64,000 nucleotides of DNA from NCBI GenBank assembly GCA_965213925.1, contig OZ243927.1, positions 3,552,001 to 3,616,000 of the forward strand, given 5' to 3'. Within the stretch, counting starts at the first letter, position 1; every line of letters starts with the position of its first letter. This document shows, in pieces, positions 18,274-27,335 of the stretch. This DNA is from Trueperaceae bacterium (GTDB lineage: Bacteria; Deinococcota; Deinococci; Deinococcales; Trueperaceae). Below the pieces are notes generated by a model. That model saw nothing but the letters and a program-made list of their open reading frames with translations, was not told where the DNA came from and ran no database searches. Position numbers and translations under genes: made by a program.

Positions 18274-18310
18274 TGCCCCGCCGAAACCCCTTCGGCGGGG
18301 CATTTTTATT
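18274..18310 (+). terminator. Attenuator terminator upstream of ilvB
   Basis: TGCCCCGCCGAA-ACCCC-TTCGGCGGGGCA-TTTTTATT. Confidence 0.9.
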
Positions 18311-18395
18311 GGCGTATCGGTTTCATTGGGCGTATCGGTTAGACTGGGCTTAGATAGGGGCGCGCAAAGAGCTTGCGGGTTCTGAAGGAGGAAAG

Positions 18396-20087
18396 ATGAA
18401 CGGTGCAGCAACCTTACTCGAGGCGCTCACGCGCGAAGGCGTCCACATCGTCTTCGGGCATCCAGGGGGCGCGATCATGCCCACGTATGACGCCCTTTAC
18501 GATTCACCCATCAAACACGTGTTGGTGCGTCACGAACAAGCCGGAGCGCACGCCGCCGATGCGTACTACCGGGCGAGCGGCAGAGTCGGCGTGTGTTTCG
18601 CGACGAGCGGACCCGGCGCGACAAACCTCGTGACGGGGCTCGCGACAGCGCACATGGATTCGTCGGCCGTCGTCGCAGTTACAGGTAACGTGCCTTCCTC
18701 ACTCATCGGCACCGACGCCTTTCAAGAGGCGGACGTCTACGGCATCACCGGACCCATCACCAAGCACAACTATCTTGTTAAGAATGTCAACGACATCCCC
18801 AAAGTGGTCAAAGAAGCCTTCCACATCGCCTCCACCGGACGCCCCGGACCTGTGCTTATCGACATTCCTAAAGACATTCAACAAGCCGAATTCACCGGGC
18901 ACTTCGACCATGAGGTTGACCTGCCGGGATACAAGCCCACGGTGATTGGACATAAGGGGCAGATTAAACGCGCCGCTAAAGCGATTAAAGCCGCCAAAAA
19001 GCCCATCATGATGGTCGGCGGCGGCGGACAGGTCGCCTCGCAAGTCGTCGCAGACTTCGCCGAGAAGACCAATATCCCCGTGATCACCACCCTCATGGGC
19101 ATCGGCGCGTACCCCGCCGGCATGGAGAACGCCTTAGGGATGCCGGGGATGCACGGCACCGTGACCGCCAACCGCGCCATCACCCACTGCGACCTCATCA
19201 TCGGCGCAGGCTTGCGCTTCGACGACCGCGTGACGGGCAAGATCAGCCGCTTCGCGCCGAACGCCACCATCGTGCATATCGACATCGACCCCGCTGAAAT
19301 CTCCAAGCTCGTCAAGGCGCATGTGCCTGTCGTAGGGGATTTGCGCGACGTGCTGCCGCGTTTGGGGGAGCTGTTGGACGAACTCGAGATTCCTGAATGG
19401 TGGAACCAGCTCCGCGAGTGGAAAGGGATGTACTACGAGCGCTATAAAAAGGAGAAGCCTTTAGTCTCCCAAGAGGTCATCCAGATGTTCCAGCGCGAGA
19501 CGGGCGGCGACTGCGTGGTAACCACCGAGGTCGGACAGCACCAGATGTTCGCCGCGCGGCTCTTCCCTACAAATAAGCCGCGCACCTGGCTCACCTCGGG
19601 CGGTTTAGGGACGATGGGCTTCGGTCTTCCTGCGGCGATTGGCGCGGCGTTTGCGCGTCCGGGTGAACAAGTCGTCTGCGTCGCGGGTGACGGCTCGGTG
19701 CAGATGAACATTCAGGAGTTGGCAACGATTTATAAACACCAACTCCCCATCATCATCGCGATTTGCAACAACGGGATGCTCGGCATGGTGCGGCAGTGGC
19801 AGGAGATGTTTCACGCCCAGCGCTACAGTGAGGTCTTCTTAGCCGACTCCAACCCCGACTTCGCCAAGCTCGCGGAAGCCTATGGGATTGACGGCTACAA
19901 CATCTTCGACCGTGACGAAGCGGCGCGGCTCATCCCCGAAGTTTTGGCAAAGGGCAAGCCAGCGGTAATGAACTTCGTCGTGTACGAAGCCGAAAAGGTC
20001 TTCCCGATGATCCCGGCGGGCGCGGGCGTCGACCAGATGCTCTTGGGCGATCAGGACCCGGAAGAACCCGAAGAGGTTAGGGCGTGA
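18396..20087 (+). CDS. ilvB: Acetolactate synthase large subunit
   Basis: FGHPGGA, RHEQ, TSGPGATN, GQHQM, GDGSVQMN. Confidence 0.97.
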   Translation: MNGAATLLEALTREGVHIVFGHPGGAIMPTYDALYDSPIKHVLVRHEQAGAHAADAYYRASGRVGVCFATSGPGATNLVTGLATAHMDSSAVVAVTGNVPSSLIGTDAFQEADVYGITGPITKHNYLVKNVNDIPKVVKEAFHIASTGRPGPVLIDIPKDIQQAEFTGHFDHEVDLPGYKPTVIGHKGQIKRAAKAIKAAKKPIMMVGGGGQVASQVVADFAEKTNIPVITTLMGIGAYPAGMENALGMPGMHGTVTANRAITHCDLIIGAGLRFDDRVTGKISRFAPNATIVHIDIDPAEISKLVKAHVPVVGDLRDVLPRLGELLDELEIPEWWNQLREWKGMYYERYKKEKPLVSQEVIQMFQRETGGDCVVTTEVGQHQMFAARLFPTNKPRTWLTSGGLGTMGFGLPAAIGAAFARPGEQVVCVAGDGSVQMNIQELATIYKHQLPIIIAICNNGMLGMVRQWQEMFHAQRYSEVFLADSNPDFAKLAEAYGIDGYNIFDRDEAARLIPEVLAKGKPAVMNFVVYEAEKVFPMIPAGAGVDQMLLGDQDPEEPEEVRA

Positions 20088-20608
20088 GTCGACACAAGCA
20101 CGTCATGAGCGTGACCGTGCGTGACAAACCGGGCGTCTTGGTGCGCATTGCCAGCCTCTTCGCGCGGCGCGGCTTCAATATCGAGTCGCTCTCGGTTGCT
20201 CAATCTGAAACGCCGGGCATCTCCCGCACGACCTTCGTCGTGAGAGGTGAAGACGAAACCATCGAACAGGTCGAGAAGCAACTGCAAAAGCTCATCGAGG
20301 TTATCAAAGTGGTAGACCACTCCGAAGCCGCCTTCGTAGACCGCGAGCTGATGCTCCTCAAGGTCGCTGTGAAAACGCCTGAAGACCGCGTAGACATCCG
20401 CCAGATGGCGCAGGACTTTCGCGCCCGCATCGTGGACGTTCACCGCGACGCGCTGACCTTTGAAATCACCGGAGACGAGGGTAAGATGGGCGCGTTCATC
20501 GAGCAGATGCGTCCGTATGGAATTTTGGAACTCATCCGCACAGGACGGGTTGCGCTGACCAGGAGCGCCGCCGATCCGAGATTACCGAAGCAGTTAGAAG
20601 TAGCGTGA
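20084..20608 (+). CDS. ilvN: Acetolactate synthase small subunit
   Basis: DKPGVLVRIASLFARRGFNIESL ACT domain; RELMLLKV. Confidence 0.96.
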   Translation: MSRHKHVMSVTVRDKPGVLVRIASLFARRGFNIESLSVAQSETPGISRTTFVVRGEDETIEQVEKQLQKLIEVIKVVDHSEAAFVDRELMLLKVAVKTPEDRVDIRQMAQDFRARIVDVHRDALTFEITGDEGKMGAFIEQMRPYGILELIRTGRVALTRSAADPRLPKQLEVA

Positions 20609-20623
20609 AAGAAGAGAAAAGTC

Positions 20624-20690
20624 AAAAGGACTGAGGACTGAGGACTGAGAGAAAAGTCTTTTTACTCAGTCCTCAGCACTCAGTCCTTTT
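20624..20690. repeat. Inverted arrays of heptamer GGACTGA forming a long hairpin
   Basis: AAAAGGACTGAGGACTGAGGACTGAG ... CTCAGTCCTCAGCACTCAGTCCTTTT. Confidence 0.85.
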
Positions 20691-20736
20691 CTCTTTATTT
20701 TAGCAACAGCAATTCATCATCCTTTAGGAGAACATA

Positions 20737-21735
20737 GTGGCGAATATCTATTACGACAGCGACGCAAATTTAGAACATCTACAGGGCAAGACTATCGCCG
20801 TCATCGGCTACGGCTCGCAGGGACACGCGCACGCACTGAACGCAAAAGACTCGGGCTGCGAAGTGGTGGTTGGCTTGCGCAAGGGCTCAGCGTCTTGGAT
20901 GGAGGCGGAAGAGCACGGCTTAGAGGTCATGGAGGTGGCCGAAGCCGCTAAAGCGGGCGACTTAGTGATGATTCTCCTGCCTGATGAGGTACAGGGGCGC
21001 GTGTATCAGGAGCAGATTGCGCCGAATTTAGAAGCAGAGAACGCCCTCTTGTTCGCGCACGGCTTCAATATCCAATTCGGTCAGATTACGCCGCCTCATG
21101 AGGTAGACGTGTTCATGGTTGCACCCAAAGGTCCGGGGCATTTGGTTCGTCGGACGTTTGCGGAAGGCGGCGGCGTTCCGTGCCTCATGGCGATTCAGCA
21201 GGACGCGACGGGCACGGCGAAGCAGCGGGCGTTAGCCTATGCCAAAGCCATCGGCGGCACAAGAGGCGGCGTGTTAGAGACCACCTTCAAAGAAGAGACC
21301 GAAACCGACCTCTTCGGTGAGCAGGCGGTCCTCTGCGGCGGTGTGACCGAACTCATGCGTTCAGGGTTTGAAACGCTCGTCGAGGCGGGCTATCAACCCG
21401 AGATCGCCTACTTCGAATGCGTTCACGAGATGAAGCTCATCGTGGACCTCATCTATGAGGGCGGCTTCGAGCGGATGCGCTACAGCATCTCGAACACGGC
21501 AGAGTACGGCGACTACGTGACGGGTCCGCGCATGGTCACGGACGAGACTAGAGCGGAGATGAAGCGCGTCTTGAAAGAGATTCAGTCGGGCAAGTTTGCG
21601 CGGGAGTTTTTGCTCGAGAACCAAGTCGGTCAGCCCACCTTAAAAGCTGGACGCAAAGCGACGGGCGAAACGCAAGTGGCGCAAGTCGGGCAAGGTTTGC
21701 GGAAGATGATGCCGTTTATTAAGAGTAGCGATTAG
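20737..21735 (+). CDS. ilvC: Ketol-acid reductoisomerase
   Basis: [33 protein letters not shown]. Confidence 0.97.
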   Translation: MANIYYDSDANLEHLQGKTIAVIGYGSQGHAHALNAKDSGCEVVVGLRKGSASWMEAEEHGLEVMEVAEAAKAGDLVMILLPDEVQGRVYQEQIAPNLEAENALLFAHGFNIQFGQITPPHEVDVFMVAPKGPGHLVRRTFAEGGGVPCLMAIQQDATGTAKQRALAYAKAIGGTRGGVLETTFKEETETDLFGEQAVLCGGVTELMRSGFETLVEAGYQPEIAYFECVHEMKLIVDLIYEGGFERMRYSISNTAEYGDYVTGPRMVTDETRAEMKRVLKEIQSGKFAREFLLENQVGQPTLKAGRKATGETQVAQVGQGLRKMMPFIKSSD

Positions 21736-21769
21736 CTATTGGCTTTTAGGTATTAGCCAAGTCCTAGCT

Positions 21770-21893
21770 TGTCACCCTGTTCACGAAGTACGGCGAAGCC
21801 TGGTTGTCGAAGGGTCTCGTCTTGCAATCTCGGCAAGAGAAGAAGGCGAATGCAGAGATTCTTCATTCCGCTTCGCTCCATTCAGAATGACAT
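21770..21893 (-). repeat. Inner REP pair of the MITE family without outer TIRs (copy D)
   Basis: TGTCACCCTGTTCACGAAG...AAGGGTCTC...GAGATTCTTC...TTCAGAATGACAT is the reverse complement of the copy A-C core. Confidence 0.8.
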
Positions 21894-22068
21894 AACTGTA
21901 GTAGCTAAGTCCTTTCGAGTAAGAGGTCTAAATATGTTTGAGTCAAAACAGATGAATTGGTTGGAGTTACTAGGACGCGGGCTCGGCAACAACCAGCGAC
22001 TACGCTTTTAGCTAACGGCTAAGAGCCTCGAACACCTAAAACCAACCTCTTCTCGAAAGGAACTTAAC

Positions 22069-23649
22069 ATGGCTTACATCAACATCTTCGACACCACCCT
22101 CCGCGACGGCGAGCAGTCTCCCGGTGTCGCGCTCAATACGGGACAGAAGCTCGAGATCGCCCACGCCTTAGCGCGTTTGGGCGTGGACATCATCGAAGCG
22201 GGCTTCCCCATCGCCAGCGACGGCGACTTCGACTGCGTGTATCAGATCGCCAAACAGGTCAAAGGTCCCGTCATCTGCGGCTTGGCACGGACACATAAGC
22301 TCGACATCGAGCGGGCAGCGCAAGCGATTGAACCAGCGGAAAAGGGGCGCATTCACACCTTTACGAGCGCGTCTAAAGTGCACCTGGAGTACATCCTCAA
22401 AAAAACTGAGGAAGAGGTGCTCGAGCTGTCCGATGAGATGGTCCGCTACGCCAAGAGGTTCACCGATGACGTAGAGTTCTCCGCGCAGGACTGTATGCGG
22501 GCGAGCCCCGACTTCGTTTACAGACTCGTCCGAACGGCGATTGAGGCGGGCGCGACGACGGTCAATATTCCTGACACGACGGGCTACGGCACGCCCGAGG
22601 AGTACGGCGCACTGATTAAAAGCATCTTCGAGCACGTCCCCGAAGCCGCTAACGTCGCCATCTCCACGCACTGCCACGACGACTTAGGCATGGCGGTGGC
22701 GAACTCCTTAGCCGCCGTCGAAAACGGCGCGACGCAGATTGAATGCACCATCAACGGCATCGGTGAGCGAGCCGGGAATACCTCTTTAGAGGAGTGCGTC
22801 ATGGCGCTCTACACCCGTAAGGACCACTACGGCGCGGACATCGGCATCCACACCCAGGAGATTTACAACGTCTCGCGCCTCGTCCAGCGCCACACCGGGA
22901 TGAGCGTCCCGCCGAACAAAGCCATCGTCGGTGACAATGCGTTCGCGCACGAGTCGGGCATCCACCAAGATGGCGTTTTGAAGCACAAAGCCACCTACGA
23001 AATCATGAACGCCGAACTCGTCGGGCGCGAGGCGGGCGTGCTGGTGATGGGCAAGCACTCCGGGCGGCACGCCTTCAAAAAGGCGCTCATGGACATGGGC
23101 TACGACTTGGAGAACGAAGTCCCCGACCACGGCATCAGCGCGGACTCGGTGGATGTATTGTTCAAACGCTTCAAAGATTTGGCAGATCATAAGGGAGCCG
23201 TTGACACGAACGACATCCGGGCGTTAGTGGAAAACGAAGTGATGAAGGTGGCGGAAACGTACAAGCTCGAGCACGTCCAGTTCCAATCCGGTACGGGCGG
23301 CATGACCCCTTCCGCGTTGGTGCGTCTCGGCACGCCCGAAGGCATTATGGAGGAGACCTCTTTAGGGGACGGTCCCGTAGACGCCTCGTTCAAGGCGCTC
23401 GCTAAGCTGACGCCTATTCCTTTTAGCCTCGAGTCCTACGACCTCAAAGCCATCGGCAAAGGGACGGACGCGCTCGGTGAGGTGTCGATTCGCGTGAATA
23501 GCGACGGGCAGATTGTCTCGGGACGCGCCGTTTCGACGGATGTGGTGCACGCTTCGGTGCTCGCCTATGTGGATGTTCTCAATAAGTTGGCGGCGGGGAT
23601 TGGACGGAATAAGGAGGCGGCGAACCGGATTACGATGACGACGCCGTGA
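22069..23649 (+). CDS. leuA: 2-isopropylmalate synthase
   Basis: [43 protein letters not shown]. Confidence 0.96.
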   Translation: MAYINIFDTTLRDGEQSPGVALNTGQKLEIAHALARLGVDIIEAGFPIASDGDFDCVYQIAKQVKGPVICGLARTHKLDIERAAQAIEPAEKGRIHTFTSASKVHLEYILKKTEEEVLELSDEMVRYAKRFTDDVEFSAQDCMRASPDFVYRLVRTAIEAGATTVNIPDTTGYGTPEEYGALIKSIFEHVPEAANVAISTHCHDDLGMAVANSLAAVENGATQIECTINGIGERAGNTSLEECVMALYTRKDHYGADIGIHTQEIYNVSRLVQRHTGMSVPPNKAIVGDNAFAHESGIHQDGVLKHKATYEIMNAELVGREAGVLVMGKHSGRHAFKKALMDMGYDLENEVPDHGISADSVDVLFKRFKDLADHKGAVDTNDIRALVENEVMKVAETYKLEHVQFQSGTGGMTPSALVRLGTPEGIMEETSLGDGPVDASFKALAKLTPIPFSLESYDLKAIGKGTDALGEVSIRVNSDGQIVSGRAVSTDVVHASVLAYVDVLNKLAAGIGRNKEAANRITMTTP

Positions 23650-23653
23650 GATT

Positions 23654-23842
23654 ATGGATGAGGATAAGAGGTTGAACGATGTGCCGAGAGCGTCCAGTGT
23701 TTCTAAGGCTAGGACGCTCGAGGCGATAGGTGAGTTTTGGGATGAGCACGACCTTACGGAGTTTGATTCGGACGTGCCGGACGTTGACTTCGATATAAAC
23801 CCGAATCTTCGTGTTCTCAGCGCAGAGCAAAGCGAGAAATGA
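23654..23842 (+). pseudogene. Truncated CopG/BrnA-type antitoxin-like ORF
   Basis: SKARTLEAIGEFWDEHDLTEF resembles the CopG-antitoxin N-terminus; no ribbon-helix-helix tail and no toxin upstream. Confidence 0.6.
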
Positions 23843-24528
23843 ACTGGCTCTATAACGAACTCCAGCAAATCGGCGTGGACTTCTCGAGCCAAGCCGAGGT
23901 CGCGGCGTATGACCAGAAGCAGGGCTCGAACTCGCCCGAAGCCTGCCGCGAACTGCTGGGGAGGTTAGGCGTCGGCGCAGATGACAGGGTGCTCGAGTTC
24001 GGTACGGCGACGGGCAACCTGACGATTGAAGCTGCCAAGAGGTGTCAGCACGCTTACGGGGTGGATGTGTCTTTACCGATGCTCGAGTACGCACGGACGA
24101 AAGCTGAAAGAGTAGGGATAAATAACGTCACCTTCGTTCATGCTGGATTTTTGAGCTATGAGCACGACGCGCCACCTGCTGATTTCGTCATCACAAAGTT
24201 CGCGCTTCATCACCTCTCTGACTTTTGGAAAGCTCGAGCGCTGCTCAACGTAGCGTCTTCGCTCAAAGTAGGCGGGCGTCTATACCTGCAAGATGTCATC
24301 TTCTCCTTTTCGCCCCAAGCGGCTGAGCGAGAGGTTGAAGCGTGGATTCAAGAGGTGACAGGCTATAGTGGGTTCACTCGAGCTGAGTTCGAAACGCATG
24401 TGCGTGATGAATACAGTACCTTTGACTGGATTATGGACGGGTTGTTGATGAGAACAGGTTTCAAGATTCTGGGGAAGAATGTAGAGTCAACTACTTACGC
24501 TGACTATCTTTGCGAGAGGGTGAGTTAG
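23839..24528 (+). CDS. Class I SAM-dependent methyltransferase
   Basis: VLEFGTATG, GVDVS, ALHHL, LKVGGRLYLQD. Confidence 0.9.
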   Translation: MNWLYNELQQIGVDFSSQAEVAAYDQKQGSNSPEACRELLGRLGVGADDRVLEFGTATGNLTIEAAKRCQHAYGVDVSLPMLEYARTKAERVGINNVTFVHAGFLSYEHDAPPADFVITKFALHHLSDFWKARALLNVASSLKVGGRLYLQDVIFSFSPQAAEREVEAWIQEVTGYSGFTRAEFETHVRDEYSTFDWIMDGLLMRTGFKILGKNVESTTYADYLCERVS

Positions 24529-24557
24529 CCGCATACCTGACGGCGCTTAGCATCCAG

Positions 24558-24974
24558 ATGGCAAAAGACAAATTCCACGACATCGTCTGGGACGCTCTCA
24601 TTAAGGACGGCTGGGAGATCACCCACGACCCATATGTGCTCCCTATTCCCGAATTCAAGCCGATGCAGATTGACTTGGGCGCAGAAAGAGTGTTAGCGGC
24701 GCAAAAGGAGAAAGAGAGGATTGCGGTAGAGGTCAAGAGCTTTGTTAGTCCGTCTTTTTTGCACGACTTTTACGGAGCGATTGGGCAGTTTATTGCTTAT
24801 AGGACAGCGTTGAAAATGAAGGAACCTGAGCGCGTCCTTTATCTGGCTGTGCCGAGCGGCGTTTATAACACCTTCTTCGGACGTGGTTTGACTGAAAAGC
24901 AGTCATTTAAAGATGGGCGCATCAAGCTGATCGTCTATCATATTATCAATAAGGAGGTCATTTTATGGCGTTAG
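24558..24974 (+). CDS. xisH: XisH family protein
   Basis: AKDKFH...ALIKDGWEITHDP, IDLGAERVLAA, IAVEVKSF, AIGQFIAYR, RVLYLAVP; start revised to ATG 24558. Confidence 0.93.
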   Translation: MAKDKFHDIVWDALIKDGWEITHDPYVLPIPEFKPMQIDLGAERVLAAQKEKERIAVEVKSFVSPSFLHDFYGAIGQFIAYRTALKMKEPERVLYLAVPSGVYNTFFGRGLTEKQSFKDGRIKLIVYHIINKEVILWR

Positions 24975-25318
24975 AGGAACGTCGGCGGATTGTTAAGCAG
25001 GTGCTGAGCAATACGTCGGAGAGCATAGCGACCGCCGAAGGGATAAACATTCAGCTTGTCTTAGACGAAATGCGCGACCACTATCATCTTGTGCAGGTCG
25101 GGTGGCTGGGCGACAAGCGCATCTGCGGGAGTTTTATCCATATTGACCTTATCGGTGAGCAGGTTTGGATTCAGTATGACGGAACAGAGCACGGCATTGC
25201 GTTTGACCTTATAAAGCTAGGTATTCCGAAAACAGACATTGTGCTCGCCTACTACGAACCCGCCCACCGAGTCCTTACTGAATTTGGAACAGGCGATCAA
25301 CACGCGGAAGCTGCCTGA
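24965..25318 (+). CDS. xisI: XisI family protein
   Basis: DHYHLVQVGW, IHIDL...WIQYDGTEHGIA, GIPKTDIVL; overlaps the xisH 3' end. Confidence 0.93.
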   Translation: MALEERRRIVKQVLSNTSESIATAEGINIQLVLDEMRDHYHLVQVGWLGDKRICGSFIHIDLIGEQVWIQYDGTEHGIAFDLIKLGIPKTDIVLAYYEPAHRVLTEFGTGDQHAEAA

Positions 25319-25331
25319 ACGAGTGAAATAG

Positions 25332-26927
25332 ATGACTATCAAAACCGCAATCGAAATCTACGACACCACCCTCCGCGACGGCACCCAAGGGCAAGGCTTC
25401 AACCTAACGAGCGAGGATAAGGTCGCCATCGCCAAACGCTTAGACGCCTTCGGCGTGGACTTCATCGAGGGCGGCTGGCCCGGCTCGAACCCGAAAGACG
25501 TGCGCTTTTTCGAGTTGATGAAAAACGTGCCGCTCGTCCATGCGCGGCTGACAGCGTTCGGCTCGACGCGGCGCAAAGGGGTCAAGCCGGAGGATGACGC
25601 GAACTTACAGACGCTCTTAGCAGCGCAGACGCCTGTGGTGACGATTTTCGGGAAGTCGTGGGACTTGCATGTGGTGGAGGCGTTGGGGGCGACGCTGGAA
25701 GAAAACCTCGAGATGATTCGCGACTCGGTGGCGTTTCTTAAATCACAAGGGAAATTCGTGATTTACGATGCAGAGCATTTCTTCGATGGACACCGGGCGG
25801 ATAGGGGATATGCCTTTAAGACCTTGCAAGCCGCTGCAGACGGCGGCGCAGACAGGCTCGTGCTGTGCGACACGAACGGCGGGTCATTGCCACAAGAGGT
25901 TGCTTCGCTTGTAACACAGGCGAGGGAACGTTTCAGTATTCTCGTCGGCATCCACACCCATAATGACTGCGAGTTAGCGGTGGCGAACTCACTCTCTGCA
26001 GTTCAGGCGGGCGCGGCTCATATACAGGGAACGGTCAACGGCTACGGCGAGCGGTGCGGCAACGCGAACCTCATTTCAGTCATTCCAAACTTGGCGCTGA
26101 AATTGGGTTTTGAGCAGCCGCAGGATTTGGTGGGGCTGCGTGACCTCTCGAGGTACGTAGACGAACGCGCCAACATGCAGCCGAACCCAAGGGCGGCTTA
26201 CGTCGGCGATGCGGCGTTTGCCCATAAGGGCGGCGTCCACGTCTCAGCGGTCAACAAGAATCCAGAAACGTACGAACACATTAGACCCGAAGAGGTCGGC
26301 AATTCGCGCAACGTGCTCCTCTCCGACCTCTCGGGGCGGGCGAACGTCCTGGCGAAGTATGGCGCAGACCATAGCAGTGCGGGGCAGGTTCAAGAGGTCG
26401 TGGCGCGGCTTAAAGAGTTAGAGCACCGCGGCTACGCCTTTGAGGGAGCCGAAGCCTCGTTTCACCTCATGAGCCAAAAGGTGCGAGGGGAATATCAGCC
26501 CTACTTCATCCTGCACGGCTACCGCGTCAACATTGACAAGCGCGACCAAGACAATAAGCCGATGTGCGAGGCAACCATCAAGGTGGAGGTGGGCGGGCAG
26601 CTAGAGCACACCGCCGCCACCGGGGATGGTCCAGTCAACGCGCTAGATGCCGCTTTGGGCAAAGCGCTGATGCGCTTCTACCCGATGCTCGCTGACCTCA
26701 CGCTTACCGATTACAAGGTGCGCGTCTTGTCCGGTCCCGAAACGGGCACGGCGAGCGTGGTGCGTGTGCAGGTCGAAACAACCGACGGCGAAAGCTCCTG
26801 GGGCACCGTCGGCGCGGACACCAACATCATCGACGCCTCGTATGAAGCCTTGATTGACGCGATTGAATATAAACTCTTTCGGGACAAGGTCGCGCCTAAG
26901 TTAAGCCCAGTGGGTGAGAGCGCCTAA
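25332..26927 (+). CDS. cimA: Citramalate synthase (LeuA paralogue)
   Basis: DTTLRDGTQG, IEGGWPGSNPKD, YDAEHFFDG, AFAHKGGVH. Confidence 0.9.
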   Translation: MTIKTAIEIYDTTLRDGTQGQGFNLTSEDKVAIAKRLDAFGVDFIEGGWPGSNPKDVRFFELMKNVPLVHARLTAFGSTRRKGVKPEDDANLQTLLAAQTPVVTIFGKSWDLHVVEALGATLEENLEMIRDSVAFLKSQGKFVIYDAEHFFDGHRADRGYAFKTLQAAADGGADRLVLCDTNGGSLPQEVASLVTQARERFSILVGIHTHNDCELAVANSLSAVQAGAAHIQGTVNGYGERCGNANLISVIPNLALKLGFEQPQDLVGLRDLSRYVDERANMQPNPRAAYVGDAAFAHKGGVHVSAVNKNPETYEHIRPEEVGNSRNVLLSDLSGRANVLAKYGADHSSAGQVQEVVARLKELEHRGYAFEGAEASFHLMSQKVRGEYQPYFILHGYRVNIDKRDQDNKPMCEATIKVEVGGQLEHTAATGDGPVNALDAALGKALMRFYPMLADLTLTDYKVRVLSGPETGTASVVRVQVETTDGESSWGTVGADTNIIDASYEALIDAIEYKLFRDKVAPKLSPVGESA

Positions 26928-27100
26928 GATTCGTAGGTGATGCGGGCAGGAGTGGGAAAATATACATTTGGGTATACAGGTTAATATGTCGTGCTCGAGC
27001 CACCCGATATGAGAGCGCTTAGGGCTTCTTTTCTGGCACATTCCTGACAGGAAAGCGCGATTTGACCTCTCTCATGAAGGAAAAGCTGACATCGTGAAAA

Positions 27101-27130
27101 TTGACACGCATCCTCACCAAACGCTATAAT
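27101..27130 (+). promoter_or_regulatory. Consensus sigma70 promoter for gltB
   Basis: TTGACA-N18-TATAAT about 200 nt before the gltB start. Confidence 0.85.
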
Positions 27131-27335
27131 TGCCCTTGCGCCGCTCACAATGCAGGTCGCACTTCTTCATCATCATGCCCATACGTGCATGAACTCTCAC
27201 AGCATGTGACGCTACATCTCACGACTGCAAGACCTTTTCGCGTTTTTCTCAGTCGGTGGGCTTAGTTAGCTTTATCTGACTTGCACAACTATGTTCAGCT
27301 TTGCAGGTTTACCGGGGGCGGAAAGGGAAGACCTA

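Noticed and set aside
24558..25318. An fdxN-like excisable element around xisHI
   Set aside because: No XisF-type recombinase, interrupted gene or recombination sites seen
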